Below are positions 1-9,874 of a stretch of 64,000 bases of DNA, piece by piece; the first letter of the stretch is position 1; each line of letters begins with the position of its first letter. Source of the DNA: an uncultured Candidatus Entotheonella sp. (GTDB lineage Bacteria > Tectomicrobia > Entotheonellia > Entotheonellales > Entotheonellaceae); contig CBDCDA010000001.1 of the NCBI GenBank assembly GCA_965215335.1, forward strand, positions 1,280,001-1,344,000, given 5' to 3'. The notes beneath the pieces were generated by a model. The model worked only from the letters and a program-made list of their open reading frames with translations. It made no database searches and was not told where the DNA came from. Both the position numbers and the translations under genes were made by a program.

Positions 1-431
1 TCGTCAGCGGCGTCGTCCGCGACCTGCCGGAGCAGGGCGGCTGATTCCTGCCGAGTGGGTCGAGTCGGCAGTGGGAGTGGCGACGCCGACGCGCAGCAGG
101 ATTCGCTGCTGTGAAGGGCGCACGGGCTCTTGAGACCGGGCTGTCGTCACCGGAAACTCGAAAACAAGGGTGGAATCGGAGCTTGGGGAAGGGTAGTCTT
201 GTGGCCTCTCCGCAGGTCCGGCAGATTGAGGAGGTCGTCATGGCCATCCAGGAAACCACCCCGCCTCGCAACATTCTGATCGGCTACAAAGAACTCGCTG
301 TCCTTGCGTGCAAGGACAGCGACCTCAGCGACCGGGGCACCCGGATCGAGACCATCCTGGAGCAGCAGCGCCAGGGCACGATGGCGCCCAACACGCCCTG
401 ATGCCGTGTGAACCCTGGAAACACCCGCTTC

Positions 432-1358
432 ATGAACCCCTCATCCCTTACCCCACCGGCTGAACCCGCCCCGGCGCTCTTCGACGCCGATTTCATGCGC
501 AAGCTCGAAACCCTGCACCTGCTGGCGCGCAAGCTGTTCCGGGGCCAAAGCCAGAACGACCGCACCACCCTGCGCCGCGGCATGGGCCTGGAATTCGCCG
601 ACCACCGCCGCTACCAGCCCGGCGACGACTTTCGCTACGTCGATTGGAACGTCTACAGCCGCCTGGACCGCCTCTTCCTCAAGGTCTTCACCGCCGAGGA
701 GGACCTCACCATCCATCTGCTGGTCGATACCAGCCGCTCGATGCAGGAGGGCCGGCCGTCGAAGATCGACTTCGCCCGCCGGGTGGCTGCGGCGCTGGGC
801 TACATTGGCCTCAACAGCCTGGACCGCGTCGGCGTGGTGTCGTTTGCCGACGACCTGGGTCGCCCCCGCCCGCCGCAGCGCGGGCGGCAGCAGATTGTCG
901 CCATGCTGCGCTATTTCGAGACCCTCGGCGGCGGCGGCGGCACCCACCTGAACCGCGTGCTGCGCGCTTACGCCCGCCAGACTCAAGGCTTGCCAGCCAG
1001 AGGCGGCATGGCCATCGTCATCAGCGACCTGTTCGACCCGCAGGGCTACGCGAGCGGTCTCGACGCCCTGGTCTACGCCGGCTTTGACGCGCTGGTAATC
1101 CAGGTGGTGGCCGAGTCGGAGATCAACCCGACCTTTAGCGGCGCGGTACGTCTGCACGACGTCGAGACCGGCCAGCAACGTCGCCTGACGGTCAACCAGC
1201 GTCTGCTCGCCCGCTACCGCGAGAAGGTAGCGGCGTATGTTGCCGGCATCGAAACGTACTGCCTGCGGCGCAACATCGAGTATCTGCGCGTCGTCACCAC
1301 TGTTCCGTTTGAAGACGTCGTCCTGCGGTACCTGCGGCGCGGCCTGTATTTCAGTTAA
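432..1358 (+). CDS. DUF58 domain protein (MoxR AAA+ ATPase-associated, VWA-like)
   Basis: G-x-EFADHRRYQPGDDFRYVDWNVYSR and LLVDTSRSM motifs; ATG at 432 preferred over GTG at 408. Confidence 0.9.
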   Translation: MNPSSLTPPAEPAPALFDADFMRKLETLHLLARKLFRGQSQNDRTTLRRGMGLEFADHRRYQPGDDFRYVDWNVYSRLDRLFLKVFTAEEDLTIHLLVDTSRSMQEGRPSKIDFARRVAAALGYIGLNSLDRVGVVSFADDLGRPRPPQRGRQQIVAMLRYFETLGGGGGTHLNRVLRAYARQTQGLPARGGMAIVISDLFDPQGYASGLDALVYAGFDALVIQVVAESEINPTFSGAVRLHDVETGQQRRLTVNQRLLARYREKVAAYVAGIETYCLRRNIEYLRVVTTVPFEDVVLRYLRRGLYFS

Positions 1359-1417
1359 CGCCCTGAAATGTCGGATTGCGCCTGCGGCGAATCCGACCGA
1401 CGACAGGAAACGTTTCC

Positions 1418-3283
1418 ATGGTCTGGCTCAACCCGGCGGCATTCGCCCTACTGGCCTTCGTGCCCGTGATTATCGTGCTGCACACGCTGCGCTACCGGCG
1501 ACGGGACGTGCGGGTCAGCACGCTGTTCCTGTGGGAGAGCGTGGCGCGCGAGGCGCAGGGCAGCCTCGGCTTGCGGCGGCTGGTTCAGAACCTGCCGCTG
1601 CTGTTGCAGATCCTGCTCGTCTGCCTGCTGGCCGCGGCGCTCGCCGAACCGGCGCTTACCGGCCAGGCCGAGCCGAGCCGCGACGTCGTCCTGGTGCTCG
1701 ACGTCAGCGCCAGCATGCAGGCCCGCACCGGGCAGGGGACGCGTTTTGCGCGGGCCAGGGAACACGCCTTGAAGGTACTTCAGGAGTTGCCCACCGGGCG
1801 TCAGATGGCCGTCATTACCGCCGGGCGGCAGCCGCGGGTGGCGGCGTTCTTCAGCAGCGAAAAGGCCCTGTTGCGGCAGACCCTCCGCGACCTGCAGGCC
1901 AGCGACGCCGCCGGCAACATGCGGGAGGCGCTGTTTCTGGCGCTGTCGCTCACCCAGGGCAGCGGCTCGCACGAGATCGTCGTCATCGGCGACGGCGCCT
2001 ACCCTCGGGTTGCCGAACTGACGCAGTTGCGCCAGCAACTCGGCCACCAACTGCGCCACATCCGGGTCGACGGCGGCGATACCAACGTCGGCATCACGCG
2101 CTTCGCCTTTCGGCAAGTGCCAGACGCCGAAGGACTCTACGAGGTGCTGCTGACCGTGAAGAACTTTTCGCCGCAGCCGGTGGCGGCGCCCCTGCGCCTC
2201 AGCATGCCGCCGCAACAACCGTTGGAGCGCCAACTGAACCTGCAGCCCGGCCAGGCGGAAGTCATCGTGTCCACCGTCGTCGGCCCTTTGCAAGGCGTCG
2301 CCGAAGCCGACCTGACGCTGGACGACGACCTGACGCTGGACAACCGCGCCTACGGCGTCGCCGCCGCCCCGTCACAGACCTGGATCCTGCTCGTCGGCGA
2401 GCCGAATTACTTCCTGGAGACCCTGCTCACCGCCATCCCCGGCGTGTTCGTCAACGTCGTGCCGCAGGTGTCGGCGGACATCCTGCCGCGCCTGCTGGCG
2501 TCGAACCGTCTGATCATTTTCAACGGCGTCACTCCGCCGCCGCTGCAACGCGGCAATTACCTGCTGATCAACGCCGTGCCGCCGGACGACCGGGTGCGGC
2601 GCACCGGCACGGTGACGCAGCCGCGCGTGGTGGACTGGGAGCGCCAGCACCCGCTGCTGCGCTTCGTCGATCTGGCCGACGTGCACGTCGCCGAGGCCCT
2701 GCAACTGACGCTGCAAGACGGCGCCCACAGCCTCGTTGACGCAGCAGACACGCCGCTGCTCGGCCTTATCGAGGAGCCGCACCTGCGCCTCGTAGTCCTC
2801 GGCTTCGACCTGATGCAATCGGACCTGCCGCTGCGCGTCGCCTTCCCGGTGTTCATCGGCAACCTGCTGCGCTGGCTGGCGACCCCGGAATCCGACGGCG
2901 GCGGCCAGATTCAGGCCGGAACCCCCTACCCGCTGTACCTCGACACCCCCGTATCGCGCATTTCCGTGCAGGACCCGCAGGGCCGCCAGCAGCAATACGA
3001 GGTGCAGGGCAACCCGTGGATTTTTTCCGACACCCAGCGCATCGGCGTGTACATCCTGCGCGCCGGGGACCATTTCAAGCGCTATCTGACAGTCAATCTG
3101 CTGGACGACGGCGAGTCGGATATCAACCCCGCAAACAAGCTGCCGCCGCTGACACCCGGCGAAGCTGCCGCTTCAACTTCAACACCCGGCGGCAGCGCCG
3201 AAACGCCACTGTGGCTCGCCCTGATGCTGGGTGCCGTAGCGGTGCTGACCGTCGAGTGGTTCACCTGGTGCCGGGATTTCTGA
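1418..3283 (+). CDS. BatA N-terminal / VWA domain membrane protein
   Basis: N-terminal WLNPAAFALL...VSTLFLW BatA-type segment, VLDVSASM MIDAS motif, C-terminal TM helix; start at MVWLN. Confidence 0.85.
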   Translation: MVWLNPAAFALLAFVPVIIVLHTLRYRRRDVRVSTLFLWESVAREAQGSLGLRRLVQNLPLLLQILLVCLLAAALAEPALTGQAEPSRDVVLVLDVSASMQARTGQGTRFARAREHALKVLQELPTGRQMAVITAGRQPRVAAFFSSEKALLRQTLRDLQASDAAGNMREALFLALSLTQGSGSHEIVVIGDGAYPRVAELTQLRQQLGHQLRHIRVDGGDTNVGITRFAFRQVPDAEGLYEVLLTVKNFSPQPVAAPLRLSMPPQQPLERQLNLQPGQAEVIVSTVVGPLQGVAEADLTLDDDLTLDNRAYGVAAAPSQTWILLVGEPNYFLETLLTAIPGVFVNVVPQVSADILPRLLASNRLIIFNGVTPPPLQRGNYLLINAVPPDDRVRRTGTVTQPRVVDWERQHPLLRFVDLADVHVAEALQLTLQDGAHSLVDAADTPLLGLIEEPHLRLVVLGFDLMQSDLPLRVAFPVFIGNLLRWLATPESDGGGQIQAGTPYPLYLDTPVSRISVQDPQGRQQQYEVQGNPWIFSDTQRIGVYILRAGDHFKRYLTVNLLDDGESDINPANKLPPLTPGEAAASTSTPGGSAETPLWLALMLGAVAVLTVEWFTWCRDF

Positions 3284-3284
3284 C

Positions 3285-6038
3285 ATGCGCGTCTTCTATC
3301 CCTGGTTCATCGCCCTGTTGCTGCTGGCGCCGCTGTTGCTTCTGTGGCTGCGCCGCACGCCCCGGCGGCTCGCCCCACTGCGGCGGCGTCTGCTCAGCGG
3401 CCTGCGGTTGCTGGCGCTGTTGCTGCTGGTCGGCGGCTTGGTACGCCTCGCCCTGACGCAGCCCTACGAGCAAGCCAACGTCGTTTTCGCGCTCGACCTG
3501 TCGCACAGCGTCAGCGCCGCGGTGCGCCGGCAGGCGCTCGACTTCATCCGTGCCGTCAGCCACGCCAAACGCCCGCAGGACGGCGCCGGGCTCGTCGTGT
3601 TCGGCGCCGACGCCTTTCTCGAACACGACGTTGCCAAACGCTTCAGCCTGCCCGACATCGCCTCCGAAGTGGACGGCAGCGCCACCAACATCGCCCGCGC
3701 GCTGCAAGTGAGTGCCGCCAGCTTCCCCACCGAGGATGCCAAGCGGCTGGTGCTGCTCAGCGATGGCAACGAGAACGTCGCCTCGGCGGCCGAGGCGACG
3801 CTGATCGCCCGCTCCCTGGGCGTGTCGGTCTTTCCGGTGCCGCTAGGGCGCGGTCAGCAGGAGCCCGAGGTGCGGGTGGAAAAGCTGGTCGCCCCCAGGC
3901 AGGTGCGCATGGGCACGCCCTACCACGTCGAGGCCGTCGTTTTCAGCAGCCTTGAAACCCCGGCGTCGCTGGAACTGTTCCGCGAGGGGTCCTTCGTGGC
4001 GCGGCAGGAGGTCGTGCTGCGGCCCGGCAAGAACCGCCACCGCTTCCTGGAGCAGGCCGAGGCCGAGGGCATGCAGATCTACCAGGTCGTCGTCAACAGC
4101 CCGCGCGATACCATGCCGGCGAACAACCACTGGCAGACCTTCACCGACGTGCGCGGCCGTCCCAAGGTGCTGCGTCTCTACGATCCGCCCGACCGGGACG
4201 CGCCGCTCGTGCGGGCGCTGCGGCAGCAGGGCCTCGACGTGCGCAGCCGTCCGTGGCAGGACCTCCCCCACCTGCTCAGCGATTACCTGGAATACGCCGC
4301 CCTCGTCTTCGACAACGTGCCCGGCTTCGGCATTTCGGTATCGCAGATGGAGGTGCTGGAGCGCTACGTGCGCGACATGGGCGGCGGCGTGCTGATGCTG
4401 GGCGGCGAGAAGAGCTTCGGCGCCGGCGGCTACTACCGCACGCCGCTGGAGAAAATCCTGCCGGTGGACATGGACGTGCCTACCAAGGTGTCGATCCCCA
4501 GCCTGGCGATGGTCATGGTCATCGACCGCTCGGACAGCATGGGCAGCAGCGTCAGCGGCGCGCCGTCGTCGGGCTTCGGCGACCGCACCACCAAGCTGGA
4601 AGTGGCCAAGATTGCCGCCTTTTCGTCGATGAAGTTGCTCAACCCCTTCGACCAGGTGGGGGTGCTGGCCTTCAATGCCGAGTGGGACTGGAGCGTGCCG
4701 ATGAGCGAGGCGGGCAAGCGCGAGCAGATCGCCGGGCGGCTCGCCGCCCTCACCCACGGCGGCGGCACCGACCTGTTCAAGGCCCTGCAAGAGGGACTCG
4801 GCACGCTGCGCGACGTGCCAGCGGTGAAAAAGCACCTGATCGCGCTGTCCGACGGCCTGACGCCGAACATGGCGTTCGAGTCGCTGATGCACGACGCCGT
4901 GGCCGACAACATCACGGTCACCACGGTAGCGCTGGGGCAGGACGCCGACCGCACCCTCATGGACGCCATCGCGCACTGGGGCAAGGGGCGGAGCTATTAC
5001 ACCAACGATGCCCTCAACATCCCGCGCATCTTCACCGCCGAGACCATTCTGGTGTCGCGCAGCCTGATCGAGGAGGAGGCGTTTCAGCCGCTCCTGCAGC
5101 GCCATCACGAATTGTTGAGCGGCGTGGGGATTGACGCGGCACCGCCGCTGCACGGCTACGTGGTGACCTACGGCAAGCCGGGCGCCGAGGTGCTGCTCAC
5201 CACCCCGAACGACGACCCGCTGCTGGCGGTGCAGCGCTACGGCCTGGGACACACCGCGGCGTTCACCGCCGATCTGGGGCCACGCTGGGGCAAGGATTGG
5301 CTGCGCTGGCCGCAGTTCGGCCCGTTCGCCGCCCAGCTCGTGCGCTGGGTGCAACGCACCGGCACGCCAGAGAGCGTTGACGTGCGGGTAGACGTACGCG
5401 AGGGCCAAGCCATCGTGCGGGCCGACGTGTATGACGCCGAGGACCGCTTCGTCAATCGCCTCGACCTGCAGGGCAGTCGCGTGCTGACGCCGGAAAAGGA
5501 CACCCTGCCGCTGGCGTTGACGCAGACTGCGCCGGGCCGCTACCAGGGCCGATTTGCCGTGCGCGGTCGCGGCGAGTATCTTCTGAGCCTCGTGGGGCGC
5601 CGGGGCGAGGCGACCATCGGGCCGAAAACCGTTGGCATCGCCCTGCCCTATTCGGCGGAGTACCTGGGGCTGGACGTCAATCGCCACCTGCTGAGCCGCC
5701 TGGCGGAACGCACCGGCGGTCAGATGCTGCGGGCCGAGGCGCCCGATGACGCCGCCGGCATCCTGTTCCGTACCGCGCAGCAGGCGGATATCCCATCGGG
5801 GCCGGGGCAGCCGCTGAACGACTTCTGGCCGTGGTTCGTGCTGGCGGCCTTGTGCGTCTTCGTAGCGGAAATCGCGGTGCGCCAGATCAGCCTGCCGGCC
5901 GCCTGGACGGCCCGTTGGCAGAATGCCCAGACACCCCGGCCCGTCGCGCCGGGCTATTCGTACGACGAGTTGGAAACCATCGTGCACCGTCGCGCCGAGG
6001 ATCATCGGCGCCGCAGCAGAGAACTCAGGAGTGGATAG
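3285..6038 (+). CDS. Double VWA domain protein with glutamine amidotransferase-like domain
   Basis: DLSHS and DRSDS MIDAS motifs, GGEKSFGAGGYYRTPLEKILPV segment; starts 1 nt after the upstream stop. Confidence 0.85.
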   Translation: MRVFYPWFIALLLLAPLLLLWLRRTPRRLAPLRRRLLSGLRLLALLLLVGGLVRLALTQPYEQANVVFALDLSHSVSAAVRRQALDFIRAVSHAKRPQDGAGLVVFGADAFLEHDVAKRFSLPDIASEVDGSATNIARALQVSAASFPTEDAKRLVLLSDGNENVASAAEATLIARSLGVSVFPVPLGRGQQEPEVRVEKLVAPRQVRMGTPYHVEAVVFSSLETPASLELFREGSFVARQEVVLRPGKNRHRFLEQAEAEGMQIYQVVVNSPRDTMPANNHWQTFTDVRGRPKVLRLYDPPDRDAPLVRALRQQGLDVRSRPWQDLPHLLSDYLEYAALVFDNVPGFGISVSQMEVLERYVRDMGGGVLMLGGEKSFGAGGYYRTPLEKILPVDMDVPTKVSIPSLAMVMVIDRSDSMGSSVSGAPSSGFGDRTTKLEVAKIAAFSSMKLLNPFDQVGVLAFNAEWDWSVPMSEAGKREQIAGRLAALTHGGGTDLFKALQEGLGTLRDVPAVKKHLIALSDGLTPNMAFESLMHDAVADNITVTTVALGQDADRTLMDAIAHWGKGRSYYTNDALNIPRIFTAETILVSRSLIEEEAFQPLLQRHHELLSGVGIDAAPPLHGYVVTYGKPGAEVLLTTPNDDPLLAVQRYGLGHTAAFTADLGPRWGKDWLRWPQFGPFAAQLVRWVQRTGTPESVDVRVDVREGQAIVRADVYDAEDRFVNRLDLQGSRVLTPEKDTLPLALTQTAPGRYQGRFAVRGRGEYLLSLVGRRGEATIGPKTVGIALPYSAEYLGLDVNRHLLSRLAERTGGQMLRAEAPDDAAGILFRTAQQADIPSGPGQPLNDFWPWFVLAALCVFVAEIAVRQISLPAAWTARWQNAQTPRPVAPGYSYDELETIVHRRAEDHRRRSRELRSG

Positions 6039-6079
6039 TACACATCTCCCCTGCCCCGGTCAGGGAAGCGGATTGAAAC

Positions 6080-6679
6080 ATGAAAGTCGTCACCGCCGCA
6101 TTCGTTTCCAGCGCCGCGTCCCCAGCGCAGTATCCACGCCAACGGCTCTCTGAAGTGGCATTCGTCGGACGTTCGAACGTCGGCAAATCCTCGCTGATCA
6201 ACACCCTGGTGCACCGCAAGAACCTGGTCAAAACCAGCGCCGCACCCGGCAAGACGCGTACCCTCAATTTCTTCGTCGTCAATGGACGGTTCAGCCTTGT
6301 CGATTTCCCCGGCTACGGTTACGCCAAGGTGCCGCGCGAGACGCAGGCGAGCTGGCGGCCGATGGTAGAGGCGTACATGAGGCACCGCGACCTGCTGTGC
6401 GCCGTGGTGCACATCGTCGACTTCCGTCACGCGCCCAGCGAACTGGACTGGCAATTGCGCGCCTGGCTGCTGCACAAGCAGGTCATCGTGCTGACGGTCG
6501 CCACCAAGACCGACAAGGTCAAACGCGGCCAGCGCGCCGCCCACGAGCAGGAAATCCGACGCGGCCTCGCCCTGCCGGACGACGAGCCGCTGACACTGTT
6601 TTCGTCCCACAACCACGAGGGCCGCTTGCGCCTGTGGCAACGACTGATGCCGTGGCTGACACCGGTGGCACGCGCGTAG
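6080..6679 (+). CDS. engB: Ribosome biogenesis GTP-binding protein YihA/YsxC
   Basis: GRSNVGKSSLIN (G1), PGKT (G2), DFPGYGY (G3), TKTDK (G4). Confidence 0.95.
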   Translation: MKVVTAAFVSSAASPAQYPRQRLSEVAFVGRSNVGKSSLINTLVHRKNLVKTSAAPGKTRTLNFFVVNGRFSLVDFPGYGYAKVPRETQASWRPMVEAYMRHRDLLCAVVHIVDFRHAPSELDWQLRAWLLHKQVIVLTVATKTDKVKRGQRAAHEQEIRRGLALPDDEPLTLFSSHNHEGRLRLWQRLMPWLTPVARA

Positions 6680-6730
6680 CCCCTTCTCGCATCCAAAAAC
6701 TGTACGAAAGATTTACAAGCTGCTGCTCTG

Positions 6731-7235
6731 TCATGGCCCAGCGCGCTTGCGAAAGACGGCGACAAAACTCGACCCGACCAGGTTCGCCAACGGTCCGTCG
6801 ACGCAACGAAAACGCAGGCCCAACGGCGGGAAAACCGCAAGCCTCCGATCGAGCGCCAACCCTGCCCGTTCGCCTGCGGCTTGCATGGTGAGCGGGTCGT
6901 GACCGATCGACGTCCAGTCATGCAGGCGATTGAGGATACGCCAGACGACGGAGGAGAGCCAGTGGACCAGCCGGTGAACCAGCGCCGCACGGTTGCCCCA
7001 GACAATCACCAGCCGGCCGTACGGGCGAAGCACGCGCGCCACCTCGTGCAGCATGCGTTCGACAGCCTCCAGCTCGTACTGCTGCGCGAACTCCACGTTC
7101 AGGACAAGGTCCGCCGTGCCGTCCGCGAGTGGCAGGTTGAAGGCATCACCGCGGACCGCATCGAGCCCGTTCCGTCTTGCCTGCCGGCACGCTGCCGCGT
7201 TGAAGTCCACGCCGATAACGCGTCGCCCGACCCTA
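6731..7235 (-). pseudogene. Class I SAM-dependent methyltransferase, C-terminal part (split by composite transposon)
   Basis: VIGVD, GDAFNLPLADGTADLV and EVARVLRPYGRLVI motifs; motif I is missing here and lies at 13746-13795. Confidence 0.8.
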
Positions 7236-7427
7236 GGCTCAGGACCTATGAAGAGTTATCTATTGAACACATCGGATTCAAGACCCTGACTCCATGGGGA
7301 GGCTCATCATGCCCGATCATTACTTCTGGCTCTCCGATGCGCAGTTTGCCCGACTTCAACCCCTGCTGCCCAACAAGGTGCACGGTGTCCCACGCGTCGA
7401 TGACCGAAAGGTCATCAGCGGCATCTC
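7236..7427 (+). mobile_element. IS5 family element, truncated left-end fragment
   Basis: TIR GGCTCAGGACC; MPDHYFWLSDAQFARLQPLLP...VISGI matches the full copy at 22442. Confidence 0.9.
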
Positions 7428-7818
7428 GCATGCGTTAACCCCCTTGAGAGGATGTTTCAGAAGCGCCTTCCACCCTTCCAGAAAGTTGGGACGGGGAAGA
7501 ATGCCGGACCACCGGCCACGGTAGCCGCAGCGTGAACGAAGAAACGCTATGTCATACGGCTTCTCGGACCAGAGGCCATCGGTATCTGGTCTGTACGTAT
7601 CGTGAAGTTGTCGAAGGGTGGCTCAAAGGGTATTCCCGAGGGTGGTTTTTTCCCCAAAGAAGCCCGGGAGTCTCTTTCGGCGTGAAAAGCAGGATCCTTT
7701 ATTCACAACACGGGATCATGTTATAGTACGCAGCGCCAAGTGCTTCGTGGCGTTGCGGTTGTTTCCCGGATTTCATCGCCGACAAGTATGCACACGAATG
7801 CATCGGAATTGCTTTTCC

Positions 7819-8883
7819 ATGAACACGGAACGAGTTAGTGCATACCCCCCCCCCCCCCCGCAAAATCTCTGTAAATTTAATCATTTATCCTCAGGTCGTG
7901 ATCGGGGCCCGCTTCTCCTGTCGGTCGTCGTCCCCTGCTTCAACGAGGAAGCGGTCGTCCGCGAGACGAATCGCCGGCTGCTCGACACCCTTGAAACCAT
8001 CCCCGCACTCACCTTCGAGATCGTCTACGTTGACGACGGCAGTCGTGATGCCACGCTGAACCTCCTGCGGGAGATTCAGTGCGCCGATACGCGCGTGCGG
8101 GTTATCGCCTTGTCCCGCAATTTCGGACATGAAATCGCCACCACCGCCGGCTTGAAGAGCGCCGCCGGTGATGTCGTCGTCATCATCGACGCCGATCTGC
8201 AAGACCCGCCCGAGGTCATCCCCGAGATGCTGGACCGTTGGCGCGCAGGAGCGGATGTCGCCTACGGCGTGCGCACCGAACGCGAGGGCGAGAGGAGATT
8301 CAAGCGCTGGACGGCCAGCGCCTTCTATCGGCTCCTCGACCGTCTCGCTGACGTCTCCATCCCCCTCGACAGCGGTGACTTCCGCCTCATGAACCGCATG
8401 GTGGTCGACGCCTTCCTCGCCATGCCCGAGCGCGACCGCTTCGTGCGCGGCATGGTGGTCTGGACCGGCTTCCGCCAGGAGCCTGTCCCCTACCGGCGCG
8501 CGGCCCGGGCGGCAGGCGAGACCAAGTATCGGTTCACAAAGCTGCTATGCTTGGCCGCCGACAGCATTCTGTCGTTCTCCCTCGCGCCGCTGCGTTTGGC
8601 GACCTGGCTCGGCTTTCTCACTTCCGGGCTGGCCCTGTCGGGCATCGTCTATGCCCTGGTCTCTCGCCTCTTGACCGATGCATGGGTTTCCGGCTGGGCA
8701 TCGCTCCTCATCTCCGTCCTGTTTTTCGGTGGCGTGCAACTCGTATGCCTCGGCATCATCGGCGAATACGTAGGGCGCATCTACGGCGAAGTGAAGCGGC
8801 GGCCGCTCTACCTGGTCAAGGAGCGGCTGGGGTTTCACGGCCACGAGCCAGCGGCGGTCCGGGACGAGACGGCGCATGAATAG
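7819..8883 (+). CDS. GT2 polyprenol-phosphate glycosyltransferase (GtrB/ArnC-like)
   Basis: SVVVPCFNEE, VDDGSRD, LSRNFG, IDADLQDPP, GDFRLM motifs and two C-terminal TM helices; start uncertain. Confidence 0.9.
   Translation: MNTERVSAYPPPPPQNLCKFNHLSSGRDRGPLLLSVVVPCFNEEAVVRETNRRLLDTLETIPALTFEIVYVDDGSRDATLNLLREIQCADTRVRVIALSRNFGHEIATTAGLKSAAGDVVVIIDADLQDPPEVIPEMLDRWRAGADVAYGVRTEREGERRFKRWTASAFYRLLDRLADVSIPLDSGDFRLMNRMVVDAFLAMPERDRFVRGMVVWTGFRQEPVPYRRAARAAGETKYRFTKLLCLAADSILSFSLAPLRLATWLGFLTSGLALSGIVYALVSRLLTDAWVSGWASLLISVLFFGGVQLVCLGIIGEYVGRIYGEVKRRPLYLVKERLGFHGHEPAAVRDETAHE
7845..7859. repeat. C15 homopolymer tract
   Basis: 15 consecutive C at the 5' end of the GT2 ORF, read as YPPPPP. Confidence 0.9.
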
Positions 8884-9874
8884 CGCGGGGACGCGGTGGC
8901 TGAAGCTGTCGGTCGGTTTCATCACGACGGCGGGTTTCGTGTGGCTTCTGACGCGCGGCCTGGACCTGGACGCCTTGGGCCGAGCGTTCGCGGGGTTGTC
9001 GGTCTCTTGGATTCTGCTCGCCTTGGTCTTCCTGGTCGCCGGCTGGGCGATGCGTATCGTGCGCTGGTGGCGGATGCTGTGTGCCTTTGAACCGACACTG
9101 CCGCTCGGCGCGTGTGTCGAGCCGTTTCTCACGGGCATGGCAGTCAACAACGTGCTGCCGTTGCGGGCGGGTGACGTGATGCGCTGTCTGGGGTTTCGCC
9201 GCCAGCTTCGGGCGCCCGTCATGCGGGTGGCGGGCACGCTGGTCGTCGAGCGCGTCTTGGACGTGGTCGTCCTGGTCGGGATGTTCTTTCTGGGGCTGCT
9301 CAGTGTGCAGGCCGGTGTCTTCCCGCGCGGTTTCGTCGTCGCGGCGATGTGGCTGGCGGGTGCGGGCGTCGCGGCGATTCTTGTCCTGCTGCTGTTCACG
9401 CCCTTATGCGACCACTGGCAGGGAGGCCGGCTCTTCGCCGCCTGGCGCTGGCCGCGAGCCATTTCCCGACATGGCACGCACTTTGCCGAGGCGTTCGATC
9501 TCGTGTGCTCTGGGACCAGGATGTCCGCGCTCATTGTCCTGTCCGTCATCGCCTGGATCTGCGAAGGGGCGGTGTTCGTGACCGTGGCCGCAGCCGTCCA
9601 AGCCGACACCGCGCCGCTGGGGCCGTGGTTCGCGCTGGCGACCGGTACGCTGGCAACCGTCATCCCCAGCACGCCGGGACATATTGGGACATTCGACTAC
9701 TTCGCCGCCCGGGGCCTCGCCGCGTATGGCGCCACCCCCGAACATGCGGCCGCCTTCGCGCTGGTGGTCCACGCCTTGCTGTGGACGACGTCAACCGCGG
9801 CCGGGCTGCCTTGGGTGCTGCTCCGTTCTGTGTCTGCCGGCCGTCGCAACAAGGAGTCCCAATGCGTGAATTGA
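8876..9874 (+). CDS. Lysylphosphatidylglycerol synthase TM / flippase-like membrane protein
   Basis: RIVRW, NNVLPLRAGD, ERVLD and IPSTPGHIGTF motifs; many TM helices; overlaps the upstream stop. Confidence 0.85.
   Translation: MNSAGTRWLKLSVGFITTAGFVWLLTRGLDLDALGRAFAGLSVSWILLALVFLVAGWAMRIVRWWRMLCAFEPTLPLGACVEPFLTGMAVNNVLPLRAGDVMRCLGFRRQLRAPVMRVAGTLVVERVLDVVVLVGMFFLGLLSVQAGVFPRGFVVAAMWLAGAGVAAILVLLLFTPLCDHWQGGRLFAAWRWPRAISRHGTHFAEAFDLVCSGTRMSALIVLSVIAWICEGAVFVTVAAAVQADTAPLGPWFALATGTLATVIPSTPGHIGTFDYFAARGLAAYGATPEHAAAFALVVHALLWTTSTAAGLPWVLLRSVSAGRRNKESQCVN

Noticed and set aside
1..44. 3' end of a MoxR AAA+ ATPase
   Set aside because: Plausible from context, but only 13 codons (VSGVVRDLPEQGG) are visible, too few to call.
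1237..6005. Long alternative-frame and antisense ORFs (e.g. 1237-2739, 3843-6005, and similar ones elsewhere)
   Set aside because: Shadow ORFs of high-GC coding DNA that overlap well-supported genes and show no motifs.
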